Positions 60,001-64,000 of a DNA stretch of 64,000 nt are shown here, piece after piece. Position numbers and translations under genes: made by a program. The notes beneath the pieces were generated by a model. That model had not been told where the DNA came from. It was given only the letters and a program-made list of their open reading frames with translations, and ran no database searches. Source of the DNA: Klebsormidium nitens. Its lineage: Eukaryota; Plantae; Klebsormidiophyceae. The stretch covers positions 27,927 through 91,926 of the forward strand of contig DF237314.1 in assembly GCA_000708835.1 (NCBI GenBank), given 5' to 3'. The first letter of the stretch is position 1; the number at the start of each line of letters is the position of its first letter.

Positions 60001-63000
60001 AATCGTTCCTCACTTTTGCAAAGAATTTTGATTGTCGGAAAGGGCAGTACGGAAGCGTTTGTATCGAATCTGGCTCAGACTCGGACCATCTTCGATTCGT
60101 GTGTAAAGGGTAGAAGCGCACGCTTCATCGAAGCGAAGTCACAGTGCGAAACACTGTACGCGCCTTTCTGCCGTCACAAAAACCGTAGAGTAAAGTGGAC
60201 AGAGAGAAAGTAAAGAGACAGGTCGGCCTCTCCCAGTCCTAAGGCCTCGTCTGCCACGTCCTCAAATGGTATAGAACCATCTCGTCCGTCCGGATCACTA
60301 GCCCCTCTGGAGTTTCTGAGCCTTTTCACGCCTAAGGCCCTCTTGGCCGTACTTCAGTTCGAGATCAAACGCAACTGACTGACTTTTTCGACGTGCAAAA
60401 AGGAGGCCCTGTCAAGGCCCTCGTCGCCTTCCAACACCTCTCAATCTGCAGACACCTCTAGGTCAGTACAAGGCCCTGTACTCGAACCCATTGACGCCCT
60501 GTTTGCCACCGACTCCTCAAATTGCACGATTGAAACGCACCCTCTCGACTCATCAGGCCCTTTACACTTGCCCGGACTTTCCCATCCTTGAGGCCTGTTT
60601 GGTGGCCGCAAACAACCCAGAAAGCAGGTAATAGTCAAACTTCCCAACCTACGGGCCCCTCCTGTTTTTTTCTTAGGTAGCTCTATCTCTGAAGCCTTGT
60701 TTGCCCACAAGAATCGCCCCGAACAGCAGGCAATAGATACCCTCTCCCGACTCACGGGGCCCTCCACTATTCTGGGCTCTCTCATCAGAGGCCATGTTTG
60801 CTTGCACGAACGCCCAAAACAGCAAGCGATAATCACAGCCTCCTGACTTACGAGGCCCTCCTGCACTTGCTCGAAGCTGGGCACCAGCTTGTAGCTCCCC
60901 CGCTCCACCACCAGGTCCATCGTCAGCACCGCCCGCAGCTGTGACGTCAGCCCCTCCACGTTCCCATCGGCCGATGACGTCAGAGGCCTCGCCAGGCGCC
61001 CGTACTGCAGCAAGAACCCCTGGAAACCTGCGACCGTCGCCTCTACGAGGCCCCTCAGGTGGTTCGACATCAGCACCGCGACAGAGCCGTACAGTTTTGC
61101 GCGGTGCGTCCCTCCCGAAGAATGGGAAAACAGCAGTTTGCTCGCGGCCGGAATCCAAGTTTGGCACAGGGTTTCCCTAACCCGGTCCACGTGGTCGCGC
61201 TGCCAGCCCAGGAATGACGTCAGCGTGAACGGCTTGTTGGTAAAAAAGCCGTCGCTCGCAAAGTCGAGCAGGAGCCGGTTTTCAAACTCCCGCTGCCAGA
61301 GCGCGTTCAGGTCCAAAACCAGCTGGCTGCACGAATGGAGAATCGGTACGAGGTGCCTCTTTGCGCCGGAGACCGCCTCCCGCCACTCCTCGGGCAGAAT
61401 CTGCACCACCCGCCGCTTCCGGCTTACCCCCGAGGCCGACTCTAGCACCTTAACAATGCCGGTTAGCGAAACCAGGTTTAGCCGTCGCCGCTCGGCCGCA
61501 TCCTCCAGGCTGTAGTCCAAAATGGCCTTCTTGACACTGAGCGTATAGTCAGCCCGAACCTCCCTCTCGACCCGCCGGATGGTGTCAAGCACTTGTTCCT
61601 CTTTGAGCCCTCGGGAGACATGCGCCCCGCCCAGAGCTCGGTTTGCGTTCTCCAACCACCGATCGTTATAACTAACCACCGCGTCGTCGTCCAAACCCTC
61701 CTGGATATACCACTGGTAACGGATGATTTCATCCGCTACTCGTTTGCTCGTGCCAGCTGTCATTGGCCGCTTGGCCTTCTCTTCCTGGGGAGAACGACGC
61801 CGCGCTTCGCGCGGAGTGTTGACCTGCAACCATTAGCTCAACAATTCAAAACTTTGCTTTAAGACAGTCCCGCAATCCCACAGTACCAGGTCAAGTTCGA
61901 TGTTTGTGATAGATAAAGCTTCAATTGAAAGATGTGACTCAAACGTGCCTCTCCGCTTTTAGCCACCTTCAAATCCGCGCTTACCACCTCTCAGAAAATC
62001 TGCAGCTGTTCTCTGTCACTAAGGCAAAAAGGCTGTTTTTTATTGAAAACTGCCTGTCCTGAAAGTCGTCTTTTCCACATTAGCGAGCTCGCAGTCCTTG
62101 GATAGACAGCTGTAACCAACTCAGCGTTCCAATCCGCTGGAGACTCAAGGTTTGCGGCTGGGGGCAAACGGCGTCCTGACACAGTTTCATTCCGTCCGTT
62201 AAACACGGATCCTCAGCCTGTATACCATAGACGTTGTTCCTCAAGGTCAGGCACATCTTGGAGACCAGCCAATAAAGACCAGAGCCGCAGTTCGAAGTGC
62301 GTGCCTCAAGCAATGCAGCTCCGCTAAAAGTAATGTCTCAATCGGAATCTATGAGCTAACTCTTACGATCTTTGGGAAAAGCATCTCCCTCGCTTCATCT
62401 GCCGCCTCGTCGTCCTCCTCCTCATCCCCGATCGTGCCTTTCTCGAGCGGCTCCAAAAGCTCCCTTCCCCCCCCAAACGCCCACGTCCCGCTCCCCAGCC
62501 TCGGGCTCCCCCCCAGAGTTTTCGGGCTCCCCCCTCCAGGCGTCATGGCCCTTTCGAGTGACCCGTTTCGCGTCCTCGCTTCCGTGAACTGCAGCAGACT
62601 CAAGCTCCCGGTGCGTCCGTTCGGGGACGCGGGGATTGACCCTTTGGGGGATCCCCGCATATTTTGGCTGCTCAGGGGCCTCTCCAGCTGGAGCGGCCGC
62701 AGCAGCGGGGGGGTCACGCTCACGGGGGGGGAGTCGCGGAAGGTCCTCGCGGTCGCTAAAGTCCTCCCCGTCGGAGACCTGGGAGATTCGGGCTCAGAGA
62801 CCCCCCCCTTTCGGGACAGCTCGACCGCGTCCAATGCCACCGCGCTGGGGGTGTAGAACGACCCGATGCGGTTGGTCGGGGAGCGGTAAAACATGCCCGA
62901 GCTGACCCCCGAGGGAATCGCTTGCGTGAAAAGCGCGTCCCTGCTGATGAGGGGTGGCATCGCAGACTTGAGCAGCGGGGGAGCGACCAGTTTGCGGCTG

Positions 63001-63098
63001 CTGACCGCCCCCTCCAGTTGGCTGAAGAAGTCGTCGCCAGCTGGACGGTCCTGATCTTCCGGCGCCAGGGGCTCCAGCTTCCGGGGGAGGCCCGCCAT
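27063..63098 (-). CDS. Axonemal dynein heavy chain, single-headed inner-arm type (DNAH3/7/12-like), complete, 47 exons, ~4189 aa
   Basis: Exons 62367-63098, 60852-61823, 59560-59850, 58951-59124, 58446-58558, 57755-58012, 57118-57421, 55975-56226, 55210-55323, 54617-54775, 53998-54186, 53146-53376, 52589-52720, 52032-52244, 51376-51585, 50744-50893, 50248-50382, 49590-49810, 49149-49264, 48616-48815, 47580-47800, 47009-47201, 46049-46269, 45006-45168, 44385-44519, 43646-43980, 42735-43073, 42155-42302, 41215-41370, 40561-40791, 39889-40134, 39333-39500, 38527-38794, 37626-37845, 36314-36470, 35833-35958, 35142-35404, 34536-34743, 33766-34122, 33102-33386, 32585-32713, 32113-32328, 31080-31721, 30025-30648, 28754-29433, 27835-28130, 27063-27439 (sum 12570 nt, divisible by 3). 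Linker [19 protein letters not shown]; AAA1 [18 protein letters not shown]...[38 protein letters not shown]; AAA3 GPTGTGKS; AAA4 GVGGSGRQS; stalk/[20 protein letters not shown]; AAA5 [17 protein letters not shown]; AAA6 [12 protein letters not shown]; C-terminus [25 protein letters not shown]...[15 protein letters not shown]. The start codon at 63098 is inferred; an in-frame ORF extends to 63266. Confidence 0.96.
28095..28315 (-). repeat. Degenerate echo of acceptor and exon start (dynein exon 27835-28130)
   Basis: ggcccttgagcgctttctgga...ctgca (real, acceptor 28131) versus gggcctcaagtgctttctggactgca (copy, acceptor 28308); spacing 177 bp. Confidence 0.6.
37763..38225 (-). repeat. Three-copy tandem array of acceptor plus 5' part of dynein exon 37626-37845
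   Basis: Acceptor-equivalent positions 37846, 38026, 38186 (spacings 180, 160). The unit tccacgttgatgtcctccaagaagcgacctg plus the intron tail (gcggg.ttt/gagg) is repeated; both copies carry indels. Confidence 0.9.
41704..42235 (-). repeat. Four-copy tandem array of exon 3' end plus donor (dynein exon 42155-42302), with (TTCCG)-like spacers
   Basis: Donor positions 42153, 42002, 41857, 41704 (spacings 151, 145, 153). Copies translate to [19 protein letters not shown] and [19 protein letters not shown] versus real [19 protein letters not shown]. Confidence 0.9.
43484..43705 (-). repeat. Near-perfect duplicate of the last ~56 nt plus donor of dynein exon 43646-43980 (AAA3 P-loop end)
   Basis: gacttacttgttggcat[c/g]cagccccttggtca[a/g]gaa[t/c]tgcttgatgtacacgctc[t/g]tgcccgt occurs at 43640-43700 and 43484-43546; donors 155 bp apart. 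Confidence 0.95.
45548..46131 (-). repeat. Four-copy tandem array of exon 3' end plus donor (dynein exon 46049-46269)
   Basis: Donor positions 46047, 45871, 45725, 45550 (spacings 176, 146, 175); shared core ttgatcca[t/c]gcggtgacc[a/g]tggg. Confidence 0.95.
47745..48280 (-). repeat. Multi-copy tandem array of acceptor plus exon start (dynein exon 47580-47800)
   Basis: Clear copies with acceptor-equivalent positions at 47801, 47988, 48166, 48267, plus degenerate/short units near 47893 and 48072 (unit ~84-101 bp; dimers 187/178). The AG is changed to TG in the two most upstream copies. Confidence 0.9.
53836..54050 (-). repeat. Duplicate of last 17 codons plus donor of dynein exon 53998-54186
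   Basis: ccctcacctcgaggaa[t/g]gagttgctgcgcgaggc[t/c]tc[c/t]tccatgatgcgccgccagac occurs at 53991-54050 and 53835-53892; donors 156 bp apart. Confidence 0.95.
56650..57180 (-). repeat. Five-copy tandem array of exon 3' end plus donor (dynein exon 57118-57421)
   Basis: Donor positions 57116, 56990, 56864, 56764, 56659 (spacings 126, 126, 100, 105). Shared agcagtct..actcacgtcgttgtcgatc...atgaacggcg[a/g]gttcatccact. Confidence 0.9.
58811..59000 (-). repeat. Duplicate of last 17 codons plus donor of dynein exon 58951-59124
   Basis: The copy encodes [16 protein letters not shown] versus real [17 protein letters not shown]; donors 58949 and 58811 (138 bp apart). Confidence 0.9.
60230..60870 (-). 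repeat. Degenerate ~100-bp tandem array derived from the donor region of dynein exon 60852-61823
   Basis: Donor-equivalent positions 60850, 60754, 60651, ~60550. Units are aacagca.gc.at....ct.cc.gact.acg.ggccctcc; further AGGCCCT remnants extend down to ~60240. Confidence 0.65.
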
Positions 63099-64000
63099 GG
63101 CCTCAGATCGGTACACGTGTCCCAGGCTCAAAACGCAGGCTGCTAGAGAGAGACGGTCTTCATCCTGTGAGGGTCCTTCCCCTCTCTTATGCCAGGGCCG
63201 ATTCGAGACCTTCTTCTCACTTTGCGTGCTTGCTTCTTCAATGTCGCTTCCCAGAAAGGGTGGCACAGTAAGTTAAGTGAGTCACGCCGCAATGTTGTAA
63301 TCTGCGCGAAGATTCCCTGCCCAACCGGTTCCGCCCTTCAAGCTCAATTCACTGTCTGTCTTCCTTGCTTGCTGAGGAGCTAGAGCGTGATTGCTTCTCT
63401 GCGACAGCTCAATCAGATGGCTTAGATTGTTATTTGCACTCTAAGCTAGCAGCTCACGCCAGACTCAGCCCCAGCTGAGGGGGTTCCAAGAAGCTGGAGA
63501 TGTCTAACATCGTCATATTTGATTTTGAGCGGCTAGATTTGAAATCAGACATGCAGCCTGTATGGCAGGGAAATGGCGGCCATCGACCAGAATGTGATTG
63601 ATGTTATATTCGATGTGACACCTGCGCACAATGCTGAAGCTGCTTAGTGAAGCTCAAACTGTATATCCTACTCTTCATAAACCAGTGCGCAATGTGCTTC
63701 AATAATGAGATCTCAGCATGCTCATGCAGTGGCTCAGTGCGCTTCATTTATGCTGAGAATGCCCACGTACGTACAGCTCGAGCTACCTATATGTAGGATA
63801 CCCTCTTGGTGATTGGTGTTCGGCCATCGGACAGAAATCTGCGCGCGCAATAGATTCGACGGGAGACGAGTCGCGCGCGTCGAGATGCGGACCTCATGAG
63901 ACTTTGGATCGGACACTCGAGTCACTCAGGTCACCGGGTCGACCCGGTCCCAGAGTCCGACGCCGAGTACGGTCACGTGACCACCAAAACATCCGAACAT

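Noticed and set aside
27440-62366. Introner-type mobile introns (several donors begin gtgagcg, two share gtgagcggaac)
   Set aside because: Similarity is limited to the first 7-11 nt; no whole-intron similarity or TIRs seen between introns.

Overview
Eukaryotic, intron-rich genomic window with GT-AG spliced genes. Plant-type Ca2+-signalling genes together with flagellar genes suggest a flagellate-stage streptophyte alga such as Klebsormidium (inference). I hand-spliced six protein genes, and exon phases close in all of them: (1) the 5' part of an autoinhibited P2B Ca2+-ATPase (-, ATG 5980, runs off the left edge); (2) a myristoylated CDPK-related kinase with a degenerate CaM-like domain (-, 8168-14646); (3) a head-to-head Kir-fold channel whose filter reads TTFGAS instead of TxGYG (+, 15531-19200); (4) a Tctex1D2-type dynein light chain (-, 20239-22225); (5) a five-knuckle ZCCHC9-like protein (+, 23344-25938); (6) a complete 47-exon, ~4190-aa single-headed inner-arm-type axonemal dynein heavy chain (-, 27063-63098). 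The most striking unexplained structure is a recurring 'splice-junction echo'. At 11 exon/intron boundaries, the splice site plus roughly 12-100 nt of adjacent exon is tandemly re-copied 1-5 times into the neighbouring intron. Many spacings fall at 138-180 bp, and some copies keep the reading frame with mostly synonymous changes. Many dynein introns also end in (GC)n runs abutting the splice sites. No prokaryotic features, CRISPR arrays or intact transposons were seen.
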